Assembly: GCA_964455675.1 (NCBI GenBank)
Contig: CAYVYK010000006.1
Coordinates: 16,356 to 80,355, forward strand
Length of the DNA stretch: 64,000 bases
From: an uncultured Methanosarcinales archaeon
Lineage (GTDB): Archaea > Nanobdellota > Nanobdellia > Woesearchaeales > CAYVYK01
Direction: 5' to 3'
Below, one piece after another: positions 28,279-37,607 of this stretch. The translations under genes and the position numbers were made by a program. Each line of letters opens with the position of its first letter. Within the stretch, counting starts at the first letter, position 1. The notes under the pieces are model-generated. The model worked only from the letters and a program-made list of their open reading frames with translations. It did no database searches and was not told where the DNA came from.

Positions 28279-28992
28279 ATGGAAAGCTTAACCGTTTCAC
28301 TCTCAGAACGCATTCAGAACTGCCGAATCGTCAGCGGCTTTCCTGGATTTGGGCTCGTCGGAACAATCGCGACAGAATTCCTCATTGAGCATCTCAAATG
28401 CCGGAAGGTCGGGCAATATTTCTTTGAAGACCTTCCATCAACGATTGCCATCCACGGAGGGAAACTCATCAGCCCCGTCGGGATTTTCTACAACAAGGAA
28501 TACAATCTCGTCATTGTGCACTCAATCTCTGCAGCACCTGGCATAGAATGGAAAGCAGCGGATCTCATCACCAAAATCGCAGTCAAAGTGAAGGCGTCCG
28601 AGATTATCAGCCTTGAGGGAGTCGGTAGTCCCGATGCATCGGCAGCGCGAACGCTCTACTATGCAAGCGAAGAAAAGACCTCTAAAACCTTGAAACAGCA
28701 CGGTTTGCAAGCGCTTGACGAGGGCATCATCGTCGGAGTAACAAGCGCTCTCCTCCTCAAGTCAGAAATCCCAATAACATGCATCTTCGCCGAAACTCAT
28801 TCGCAACTGCCTGACAGCAAAGCTGCCGCAAACATCATCAATGCGCTCGATAAATACCTCGGACTACACGTCGAGACACAGCCGCTCCTTGAACAAGCGA
28901 AGAAGTTTGAAGAGAAAGTCAAGACAATCCTTGAACAGGGCCGTATCGCCGAAGAACAGAGGGATAAAAAAGCCCTGAGCTACGTCGGATAA
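28279..28992 (+). CDS. PAC2-family proteasome assembly chaperone-like protein
   Basis: N-terminal IVSGFPGFGLVGTIATEFLIEHL signature of PAC2/COG1938. Confidence 0.6.
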   Translation: MESLTVSLSERIQNCRIVSGFPGFGLVGTIATEFLIEHLKCRKVGQYFFEDLPSTIAIHGGKLISPVGIFYNKEYNLVIVHSISAAPGIEWKAADLITKIAVKVKASEIISLEGVGSPDASAARTLYYASEEKTSKTLKQHGLQALDEGIIVGVTSALLLKSEIPITCIFAETHSQLPDSKAAANIINALDKYLGLHVETQPLLEQAKKFEEKVKTILEQGRIAEEQRDKKALSYVG

Positions 28993-29103
28993 ACCGGTAC
29001 ATTTTGCTGAGGCGATGAACGGGCACGTTTTTATATTCTAGTATACAAAATGTATACATCCATCCAAAGTTTTAAATAGCGTCAGGCACATTCTCACCCT
29101 CGT

Positions 29104-29874
29104 ATGGATAACGAAGGATTCATGACATTCATCTTCTCGGAAGAGGAGATCACCTGGAAACAGACCCTGATGGAACTCGTCAGAACGGAAAAGATGGACC
29201 CCTGGGACATTGACATCTCCATCCTTGCAGGAAAATTCCTCGATGTCATAAACAAACTCCAGCAACTTGACTTTCGCATAACCGGAAAGATGGTGCTTGC
29301 GGCAGCAGTACTCCTCAGGCTAAAGTCAGTCCGGCTCATCGGCGCGGACCTTGAGGAGCTTGACAGGCTCATCGCCGGGGAAACCATGACAGAAGAAGAA
29401 TTCTACGATGAACTTGAACAGTCACAAAAAACAAAACCCGGGGCAGCGCCCTGGGAGGGACAACCGCTCATCCCGCGCACCCCACAACCACGCCAGAGAA
29501 AAGTGTCCATCTACGATCTCGTGAATGCTCTCGAACGTGCTCTCGAAGTAAAAAAACGACGCATCATGAACTCCATTCCGAGCTATCATCATGAAGTCCC
29601 CGAACAATCGGTACAGATATCCCTCATTATCAAGAACCTCTACGACACGATCACGACGCACTTTGAAAAAAACCAAGGACAGCAACTCACGTTCAGCATG
29701 CTGATCCCTGGCGAGACAAAACGAGACAAGATCTACACATTCATCCCATTGCTCCACCTTTCCCACCAGCAAAAAGTGGAACTCCAGCAAGACAAGCCAT
29801 TCGCTGAAATCACGATTTTTCTCAAAGGAATGCAAGCACATACTGAGCAGGAAACCAAGATTGCGACGACCTGA
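29104..29874 (+). CDS. scpA: segregation and condensation protein A (kleisin)
   Basis: N-terminal LMELVRTEKMDPWDIDISILAGKFLDVI matches ScpA consensus; ~250 aa. Confidence 0.7.
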   Translation: MDNEGFMTFIFSEEEITWKQTLMELVRTEKMDPWDIDISILAGKFLDVINKLQQLDFRITGKMVLAAAVLLRLKSVRLIGADLEELDRLIAGETMTEEEFYDELEQSQKTKPGAAPWEGQPLIPRTPQPRQRKVSIYDLVNALERALEVKKRRIMNSIPSYHHEVPEQSVQISLIIKNLYDTITTHFEKNQGQQLTFSMLIPGETKRDKIYTFIPLLHLSHQQKVELQQDKPFAEITIFLKGMQAHTEQETKIATT

Positions 29875-30015
29875 CCGGCGTGCGTACCTTTGTGTCAATA
29901 CACTCTATCTGCCGCAGAATCTTTCACGGAACCTTCCAGACCCCGATTACTGACGATTGATTCCTATCCATGTATTAAGAAACCTTATTAAAGGAAGCGC
30001 TGCTATCTTGCTACT

Positions 30016-30438
30016 ATGGCAGAACCAAACGAAGAGGAAATCAAGAAGAAATACTTCATTCTCCAAAATCTCGAAAACGAGATGCGGGAACTTCAAGGCC
30101 AAATACAAATGGTCGACTCACAAATCCAGGAACTTGTGAAAGTGGAACACGCATTTGAAGAACTCCACACGCTCAAGAAAGGGTCACGCGCATTCGTACC
30201 GATCGCCAATGGAATGTTCCTACCGGCAACGCTGGAACAAACAGACGAGCTGCTCGTTGCGATCGGGTCAAAGACATTCACGAAGAAAAAAGCGGAGGAA
30301 GTGCACGCCATGGTCACGGAGCAAAAAGCCGCGATGCAGGAACTCCAAGGCCAACTCCACAAAAACCTTCAAGGAATGATCAAAGAAGCCCACAAGGTGC
30401 ACGCATTCCTCGTGAATGCGCTCGGCATCGAAGAGTGA
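30016..30438 (+). CDS. pfdA: prefoldin alpha subunit
   Basis: 140 aa coiled coil-beta hairpin-coiled coil (GSRAFVPIANGMFLPATL hairpin); immediately upstream of ftsY as in many archaea. Confidence 0.7.
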   Translation: MAEPNEEEIKKKYFILQNLENEMRELQGQIQMVDSQIQELVKVEHAFEELHTLKKGSRAFVPIANGMFLPATLEQTDELLVAIGSKTFTKKKAEEVHAMVTEQKAAMQELQGQLHKNLQGMIKEAHKVHAFLVNALGIEE

Positions 30439-32024
30439 TCAGCATGTTCAAATTTCTCAAGGAGAAACTTAAGCAAGCAATATCAAGCGTTAGCAAGAAA
30501 GTCGAGACGGAGACAAAAGACGAAGAAATCGAAATTCCTAAAGAACCAGCACCGTCTTTGCCGACGAAACAAGAAAAAAAAATACCTGAAGAAACGAAAA
30601 AAAAACCGGAAAACAAAATACCTAATGAGAAACACTCCGTTCAGCTCAAAGAAGAAGAGCAAGTCGCGGAGAGAGCGCCAGAACAGAGTGCAAAACCCTC
30701 TGAGGCAAAAGGATTTTTCTCGCGTCTCAAGGAGCGATTCACGGAAGAAAAGAGCGGCACGCCACCACGTGAGGAAACCCTTGAACCTTTGCAGGAGAAA
30801 CCAGAAGAGGCCATACGCGAAACGTTACCCCCAAAGGCTATACCATCAAAAGCATCCCCAAAAGCACTTCCTACTGAACAAGACCGCAGTAAGACGAGAC
30901 ATGATTCTCCTCGGCTAAAACCGCAAATACAGGCGGTGCCAAAACCGGAATCGGAGAAATCTCCACTAAAAGAATCTTCACTACAGGAATCTTCTCTACA
31001 AGAATCTCCACCACATCACAAAGCCGATCATACCCAGCCAAGGCACGAAGAGCCTACTCCACCCGCAGAGACTGTTCCACAGCCCACTATCCAGGAAGCT
31101 GTTACGAATGAGGAATCTGTCGAGAAACCTGCTGAATCCAAAGGATTCTTCTCTCGACTCACAGAAAAAGTCCTCGCAAAAAAAATATCAGCAACGCAAT
31201 TTGATGCCATATTCTGGGACCTTGAGATCGCACTCCTTGAGAACAACGTCGCGGTTGACGTTATCGAGAAAATCAAGAATGATCTCAAACGTGACATTGT
31301 CGACGTACCGATACGTCGCGGAAAGATCGAGGATGTCATCACAGAACACCTACGGCAGTCGATCGAAGAATTATTCCCTAAAACGCATGTTGATATCATC
31401 AAAGCCATCCGGGCAAAAAAAGACAAACCTTACGTCATCTGCTTCATCGGCATCAATGGGAGCGGAAAAACTACAACCATTGCCAAAGTCGCAAAACTCC
31501 TCCAGGACAACAACCTCTCATGCGTTCTTGCCGCAGGAGACACATTCAGGGCAGCGGCAATCGACCAACTCGATTATCATGGAGAAAAACTCGGGGTACG
31601 AGTAATCAAGCACCAGTACGGAAGCGATCCTGCAGCGGTCGTGTTTGACGCGATCAAGCATGCGACGTCGAAAAACATCGATGCCGTGCTGATCGATACC
31701 GCAGGAAGGCTCCACAGCAACGTCAATCTCATGGAAGAGCTCCGCAAAATCATTCGAATCGCGAAACCCGACATGAAAATATTCATCGGAGAGAGCATCA
31801 CTGGGAATGACTGTGTGGAACAAGCACGCCAGTTTGATGAAGCAGTTGGCATCGACCAAATCATCCTCTCCAAAGCGGACGTCGACGAAAAAGGCGGAGC
31901 CGCAATTTCCGTATCCTATATCACGAAGAAGCCCATTTCATATCTTGGAACAGGACAGGAGTACCAAGACCTCGAACCATTCTCAAGCGAAAAAATCCTT
32001 GAGCAGATGGGCTTATCTACGTAG
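30435..32024 (+). CDS. ftsY: signal recognition particle receptor FtsY with long acidic N-terminal domain
   Basis: NG domain: ICFIGINGSGKTTTIAK, LAAGDTFRAAAIDQL, LIDTAGRL, TKAD; N-terminal ~330 aa charged low-complexity with duplicated KGFFSRL motif. Confidence 0.9.
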   Translation: MISMFKFLKEKLKQAISSVSKKVETETKDEEIEIPKEPAPSLPTKQEKKIPEETKKKPENKIPNEKHSVQLKEEEQVAERAPEQSAKPSEAKGFFSRLKERFTEEKSGTPPREETLEPLQEKPEEAIRETLPPKAIPSKASPKALPTEQDRSKTRHDSPRLKPQIQAVPKPESEKSPLKESSLQESSLQESPPHHKADHTQPRHEEPTPPAETVPQPTIQEAVTNEESVEKPAESKGFFSRLTEKVLAKKISATQFDAIFWDLEIALLENNVAVDVIEKIKNDLKRDIVDVPIRRGKIEDVITEHLRQSIEELFPKTHVDIIKAIRAKKDKPYVICFIGINGSGKTTTIAKVAKLLQDNNLSCVLAAGDTFRAAAIDQLDYHGEKLGVRVIKHQYGSDPAAVVFDAIKHATSKNIDAVLIDTAGRLHSNVNLMEELRKIIRIAKPDMKIFIGESITGNDCVEQARQFDEAVGIDQIILSKADVDEKGGAAISVSYITKKPISYLGTGQEYQDLEPFSSEKILEQMGLST

Positions 32025-32130
32025 CATCCTTTATTCGTAGCATCCTGTGCATTATTTCCGCATGATCCCTTGGATCGTCCACTCTTCTGCCGCGCAATCT
32101 TAATATAGGCTAGGTACTCTGATCCAAGGC

Positions 32131-32715
32131 ATGGAACTTGAGTCGGCGCTCCGCACCATTTTCATCGTGCTTCTCGTCCTTACAACATTATCATTTGTGT
32201 GGTATCTCTCATTTTATCTCCCATCAGACCCCGTTCTTGATGCCCTTGTTGGCAAGAATGAGACTCTCCGGACGAACGATACCATGATCCTAACAAATGA
32301 TACCGAACCCATGACACCCACACCAACACCTGAGACACCCACGGAACCTGTGGATCCAAGGAAACTCCAATCGGGATTCTGCCAAGTCACAAGGCAGGGG
32401 ATGAACATGGACATCTACTTCGCAGGATTTAACCAGATGCGAGTAGAACTCTATGATCTTGAAACGCATTATATCACGCTCTACATTGGAAAAAACATCT
32501 ATCACTGGCAGAAGATGCATACGAACGGAACAAAATTCTATTACGCGGACGTATTTGACTTTACAAACAAGGAAAAGGAGCGATTCCCAGGTCTTCTTTC
32601 TCCTTTTGATATCGAGAAAGGCGCCCAGAATCCAGACTGCAGGCGCGATGTTAATGTTTCCCTCTCATTATTCGAAGTCCCCCAAAACGTTGAATTTATG
32701 GACTACCGCGGCTAG
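32131..32715 (+). CDS. secreted/membrane-anchored hypothetical protein
   Basis: N-terminal TM/signal, Thr/Pro-rich linker TPTPTPETPTEP, Cys pairs. Confidence 0.45.
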   Translation: MELESALRTIFIVLLVLTTLSFVWYLSFYLPSDPVLDALVGKNETLRTNDTMILTNDTEPMTPTPTPETPTEPVDPRKLQSGFCQVTRQGMNMDIYFAGFNQMRVELYDLETHYITLYIGKNIYHWQKMHTNGTKFYYADVFDFTNKEKERFPGLLSPFDIEKGAQNPDCRRDVNVSLSLFEVPQNVEFMDYRG

Positions 32716-32782
32716 GGCTCGGATGTAGGAGATTCTCCTCTGCGAACTTAAAACAGAAACTTTATATAGTGGGATTCTCTAC

Positions 32783-33235
32783 TTGAACCCACTTTATAAT
32801 GATAATGAATTATTAGGGAGGATGTTAACCATGAGGAAATTCTTTGCGGGACTAAGGGACAAGCTCACGAAAGACGACAATGAACTGCCAGAAGACCAGG
32901 AAGGATACGTTGAACTCGACGCCGCGTCAGAAATGGCAAAGTCCAAAGTCATCGTACGGCCATTTGTGCTCCAGACATTTGAAGATGTCAAGCCAATCCT
33001 CGACTGCCTTCGTGAAGGCAACACGATAGTCCTTATCAACATCAAGCCACTCAAGGATTCTGATCTTGTGGAACTGAAACGCGCAGTGAACAAGCTCAAG
33101 AAAACCTGCGATGCCATTGAGGGAGAGATCGCAGGATTCGGCGAAGACTGGGTCGTTGTGACGCCAAGCTTTGCGAGCATCTACAAATCATCACAGACCA
33201 AAGCGGTCAGTGAAACTCCTGAAAACGCAGAATAG
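32783..33235 (+). CDS. sepF: cell division protein SepF (archaeal FtsZ anchor)
   Basis: KVIVRPFVLQTFEDVKPILDCLREGNTIVLINIKPL...AIEGEIAGFGEDWVVVTP matches SepF/DUF552 core; 150 aa. Confidence 0.6.
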   Translation: MNPLYNDNELLGRMLTMRKFFAGLRDKLTKDDNELPEDQEGYVELDAASEMAKSKVIVRPFVLQTFEDVKPILDCLREGNTIVLINIKPLKDSDLVELKRAVNKLKKTCDAIEGEIAGFGEDWVVVTPSFASIYKSSQTKAVSETPENAE

Positions 33236-33243
33236 TCAATCGC

Positions 33244-34308
33244 ATGACACCAGAGGAGTTTGTTCGTTGGCTTAAAGAGGAAAATCTCTTCGGACTAGTC
33301 AATGTCAGTTACCCATGCTTCAAGAACATCCTTCAGGACTGCCTTGAAATCGGACGACGAGAACTTCTGATAATCGGTGATCTTGGATCCGCAGAACACC
33401 GCATCGCTCCCATCATGACCGGATGCTATCTCCTGGCGGCAAAGCGACTCAATCTCCTCCATAAACTCATCGTTCTCGAGCAAGACCCCTACCAACCAAC
33501 CGAAATTCAGCATATCGTCCGAAACCTTCCGGAAAACAGCGCACTATCCCTCGCATTCTCAGGCAGGTTAACGTTCCTTGGATTCGAACGAGGATTCCGA
33601 GCATTCGCAAAGCAGCACCATCACCGGTTCTCTTCGACGACGGGCCTTGCCAACCTTCCAACCGAGAAATGGATACCATTCCTCCGAAGTATTGATATTG
33701 ACTATACCCGCATGATTGCCCTTGGGCGGCAGATCAAAGAGGTGCTTGACTTTGGAAGTGAGATTTCCGTCATCACCGACAAAGGAACGGACCTACGAAT
33801 CAACATCCAAGGACAGACATCACTTCCGAACACCGGGCACTACTCGGAGTACAGCGGGAACTTGCCCGCAGGGGAAGTCTACATCGCGCCGCGCGGCATT
33901 AGGGTGGAAGGCGTTGTCGTGATCGATGGCAGCGCGAAGATCGGAGGCGACACGCTCCTTGTGAAAACCCCCATCAGAATCACCGTTGAGAAAGGAGAAA
34001 TCACAAGTATCACAGGTGGAAATGAAGCGTCGCTCCTCAAGCAGCGCCTCGCAAAAGCGCAGGAAAAGACTGACAATAAAACAAGTGTCATGCGAATAGG
34101 AGAATTTGGCATCGGCATCAATCCTGGAGCGTCATTCCTTGGACCTACCATCATCAATGAGAAAACGCTTGGGACAGCGCACGTTGCGATCGGCAGCAAC
34201 GACTGGTTTGGAGGAACCATCTACGCTCCAGTCCACTATGACCTCGTGTTCAAGAATCCAACACTATTTGTCGACGGAAAGCCACTTGACATTCGAAGCT
34301 ACCGCTAA
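33244..34308 (+). CDS. M29-family aminopeptidase (AmpS/aminopeptidase T-like)
   Basis: ~350 aa; C-terminal GTAHVAIGSNDWFGG...VHYDLVF metal-binding region typical of M29. Confidence 0.55.
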   Translation: MTPEEFVRWLKEENLFGLVNVSYPCFKNILQDCLEIGRRELLIIGDLGSAEHRIAPIMTGCYLLAAKRLNLLHKLIVLEQDPYQPTEIQHIVRNLPENSALSLAFSGRLTFLGFERGFRAFAKQHHHRFSSTTGLANLPTEKWIPFLRSIDIDYTRMIALGRQIKEVLDFGSEISVITDKGTDLRINIQGQTSLPNTGHYSEYSGNLPAGEVYIAPRGIRVEGVVVIDGSAKIGGDTLLVKTPIRITVEKGEITSITGGNEASLLKQRLAKAQEKTDNKTSVMRIGEFGIGINPGASFLGPTIINEKTLGTAHVAIGSNDWFGGTIYAPVHYDLVFKNPTLFVDGKPLDIRSYR

Positions 34309-34345
34309 CTCATGTGATCTATATTCGTGTTAGAATTCCAAACCC

Positions 34346-34606
34346 CTAGTCCCTGAACTCAACATACTCGGTAAGTGACTGTCCCGGAAGCCCGATTGGG
34401 AATATTGCGCGAACAGCTCCCTTTCCGCCATGAACACCACTCACTTTGCCAACGAGCTCCTTCTGCTTTGGGCTCTTCCAGACAACTGTCTTTCCCACGT
34501 ACTTTTTTGCCTTTTCTGCGGAATCAGATCCGTCAGGGAGGATAATCATCTGATTCATATTCTGGCGGTGCATGCCACGTCGAAAACTCATGATAAGTCC
34601 TTTCAT
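34346..34606 (-). CDS. rpl35ae: 50S ribosomal protein L35Ae
   Basis: MKGLIMSFRRGMHRQNMNQMIIL...YVGKTVVWKSPKQKELVGKVSGVHGGKGAVRAIFPIGLPGQSL collinear with archaeal L35Ae. Start trimmed from 34726 to Met41. Confidence 0.7.
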   Translation of the reverse strand: MKGLIMSFRRGMHRQNMNQMIILPDGSDSAEKAKKYVGKTVVWKSPKQKELVGKVSGVHGGKGAVRAIFPIGLPGQSLTEYVEFRD

Positions 34607-34693
34607 AACCTTGAGAGGATTCAGGGCATTTAAAAAGGTTGCGTTTCGAGCGCCCTGAGAATCTTTAAATAGGACAGAACCCGGGACCGCTTT

Positions 34694-35332
34694 ATGGTTG
34701 ACCCGAACGGTCCGCACCTTCAACACTTCAGTTCCCTCCAGGCACTCAACGTCGCCACACTCTGGGAGGATTTACGACCAGTACTGCTGCTTCTCTTTGC
34801 GATCACCGCATACGCAATTTTTGTCTATAAATTCTATCACTACCTTGGGAAGCGGGACATTATCGAAAGAAAATACACCCTTGGCGAAATGTACTCGCAA
34901 AAAAACTACATCTTCCGATCAATACTCTACATCGTAGAATACCTCATCGCGACTCCCATCATCGTAGCTTTCTGGGCGCTCGTCATCATTATCCTACTTT
35001 CCCTTGTGTCCATTGACCCTCTTGACCAAATTATCCTTGTCAGCATGGCAGTCGTCGGAGCGATACGAGCAACTGCATACTACAATGAAACACTCTCGAA
35101 TGAACTGGCGTCCATGGTTCCCTATCTCCTCTTGTGCGTATACATTTCCGACACGAGCATCGTTACCTGGTCGACGATGATCGCGCAGTTCAAGGGATAC
35201 ATCGCGATGGCGGATCGGATCATCATCTACCTGCTATTCCTTGCGGCTGTCGAAATACTCCTCCGCTTCGTGCAAGTCATTATCGATTACTATGTGGAGC
35301 ATATCCAGAGTAAAGATGACACTTCTCAATAG
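34694..35332 (+). CDS. membrane protein, unknown function
   Basis: 212 aa, 4-5 hydrophobic helices. Confidence 0.45.
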   Translation: MVDPNGPHLQHFSSLQALNVATLWEDLRPVLLLLFAITAYAIFVYKFYHYLGKRDIIERKYTLGEMYSQKNYIFRSILYIVEYLIATPIIVAFWALVIIILLSLVSIDPLDQIILVSMAVVGAIRATAYYNETLSNELASMVPYLLLCVYISDTSIVTWSTMIAQFKGYIAMADRIIIYLLFLAAVEILLRFVQVIIDYYVEHIQSKDDTSQ

Positions 35333-35361
35333 CAAGTACTTTCTGCAAAATCGTTCCTCAC

Positions 35362-35724
35362 CTAGCGAAGAATTGTCTGCAGTCGCTTCGTATTTTTCGC
35401 GACCTGATGCTCTGTAAGGCTTGAAATAATATTTAGGTACGGCGATAGAGAATCATTTTGTGTCTGATAGACTTTCAATCCCTGGGGTGTTAAAAGGAGC
35501 TCCCTATGCTCATACCTTATCCATTTGCGTCTCTCGAGAACCTGAAGGTTCTTGTAGAGCGCCCGGCGCTGTTTTCCTGCCAAATTAATCCGAAGCAGAA
35601 AGTCAATATACGTGCTCTTCGACACTGCGATCTCTAAAGGCTTGCCTGAAAGATGCCTTTCCGCCGCCTCAAACCATCTTCCAAGCGTGAAGAGCATCAG
35701 ACGCTGAGTATTCGTGATGCGCAT
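35362..35724 (-). CDS. hypothetical protein
   Basis: 120-aa basic ORF. Confidence 0.4.
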   Translation of the reverse strand: MRITNTQRLMLFTLGRWFEAAERHLSGKPLEIAVSKSTYIDFLLRINLAGKQRRALYKNLQVLERRKWIRYEHRELLLTPQGLKVYQTQNDSLSPYLNIISSLTEHQVAKNTKRLQTILR

Positions 35725-35821
35725 TACCCATTCTCAGTAATTCAAGTTCTTAAATGTTGCGTGATTTGCCGGTATCGCAAATGCCACAACTTTTATTAAC
35801 TTCACCGGCGCCCGCCATACC

Positions 35822-37522
35822 ATGGATGATCTTAAGGAGCACATCATCAAATTCCTCATAGAGCATACTGGCCTTGATACCATTACGCTCGAAATACCTC
35901 CCGATACTGCACTAGGCGATTATGCGTTTCCATGCTTCGCCCTTGCGCGAAGGGAACGGGAAAATCCGGCAGCTATTGCAGCACGACTTGCAAAGGAACT
36001 TCCGTCCGCCCCCTTCATCGATCACATGAAAGCTACCGGAGCGTATATCAATTTTTTCGTAAATAAAGGGTACTTGGCAAATTCCATTCTTACCTTAGTC
36101 AAGAATTCCGGCACAACATACGGGAAACCCCAAGGCATCACTCCGATCCGTGTCATGATCGAGTACTCTGCACCCAACACGAATAAACCCATGCATCTTG
36201 GGCACATCCGCAATAATATGCTTGGGGACTCCATCCGGCGCATCCTATCATTCTGCGGCCATACCGTCGTCGGTGTCAACCTCATCAATGATCGTGGAGT
36301 CCATATCTGCAAAGCAATGCTTGCGTATGAGCGATGGGGTAAGGGAGATACGCCAGACTCCACGAATACGAAGGGCGACCACTTCGTCGGTGATTTCTAC
36401 GTGCTATTTGCAAAGAACGCAGCCGAGAATCCCGCACTTGAATCTGAGGCACAGGAAATACTCCGTAAGTGGGAAGCTGGTGATACAGAGGTGCGAGAAC
36501 TCTGGAAAGAGATGCGCGAATGGGTCCTTATGGGCTTTGAGGCAACATATCAGCGGATGAATATCAGCTTTGATCACGTGTACTATGAGAGCGAGATTTA
36601 CGAAGCAGGAAAACAGATGGTGCAGGAAGCACTCTTGAAAGGGATTGCACGACGCGACGACAACCAGAACATCGTCATCGATCTTGAGGGTGTCGGCGAG
36701 AAAGTACTCCTGCGCGCCGACGGAACAAGCGTGTACATCACACAGGACCTTTACCTTGCGAAGAAAAAATTTGAGGACTACCACGTCGATACAAGTATCT
36801 ACGTTGTGGGCAATGAGCAGAACTATCACTTCACTGTGCTCTTCGCTGCGCTTGGAAAACTCGGATATCCCTACGGGAAAAAATCCTATCATCTCAGCTA
36901 CGGCATGGTCAACCTGCCCGAGGGAAAGATGAAGTCACGAGAGGGAACAGTCGTCGATGCCGACGATCTCATGGACACCATGATAACACTTGCAAAAGAA
37001 GAAATTATCAAACGTGACGACTCACTCCATCAAGAAGAAATTAGCTTGCGGGCGGACCAGATAGGGCTTGGGGCCATTCGGTTCTTCATCCTCAAACATG
37101 ATCCTGTACGAGACATCCTTTATAATCCTAAAGAAGCAATATCATTCGAGGGAGAAACAGGACCATACGTCCAGTATGCGCACTCAAGGATCAGTTCCAT
37201 CCTCGCCAAGGGAAAAATCCATACGTGGCCTTCCGAAATTCACGGCGACCGCCTCACGACAGAGGAAGAAAAACAACTCCTGCTCCTGCTCTCACGATTC
37301 CCCTCGGTAGTCGATGATGCAGCTCGGCAGTACCGGCCTTCATCCATCGCACATTATCTACTCGAACTTTGCCAATCATTTAACAATTATTACCACAAAC
37401 ATCCCGTGCTATCTCCAGATGCCAACATACAGTCCGCGCGGATCACTCTCATCATGGCTATACGCACCGTGCTCCAGAACGGTCTTCACCTGCTCGGCAT
37501 GAGCGCTCCGGAACGCATGTGA
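35822..37522 (+). CDS. argS: arginyl-tRNA synthetase
   Basis: Class I HIGH motif (SAPNTNKPMHLGHIRNNMLGD), ArgRS N-terminal add-1 domain, C-terminal DALR anticodon-binding region; 566 aa. Confidence 0.9.
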   Translation: MDDLKEHIIKFLIEHTGLDTITLEIPPDTALGDYAFPCFALARRERENPAAIAARLAKELPSAPFIDHMKATGAYINFFVNKGYLANSILTLVKNSGTTYGKPQGITPIRVMIEYSAPNTNKPMHLGHIRNNMLGDSIRRILSFCGHTVVGVNLINDRGVHICKAMLAYERWGKGDTPDSTNTKGDHFVGDFYVLFAKNAAENPALESEAQEILRKWEAGDTEVRELWKEMREWVLMGFEATYQRMNISFDHVYYESEIYEAGKQMVQEALLKGIARRDDNQNIVIDLEGVGEKVLLRADGTSVYITQDLYLAKKKFEDYHVDTSIYVVGNEQNYHFTVLFAALGKLGYPYGKKSYHLSYGMVNLPEGKMKSREGTVVDADDLMDTMITLAKEEIIKRDDSLHQEEISLRADQIGLGAIRFFILKHDPVRDILYNPKEAISFEGETGPYVQYAHSRISSILAKGKIHTWPSEIHGDRLTTEEEKQLLLLLSRFPSVVDDAARQYRPSSIAHYLLELCQSFNNYYHKHPVLSPDANIQSARITLIMAIRTVLQNGLHLLGMSAPERM

Positions 37523-37607
37523 CTTTTGATTACACTAGAGACCTTGATTCTGTTTTTGTATCAGAAAATTCCATGGAGTGCACGTCTTACGAAGACAAAT
37601 GGCGTAC

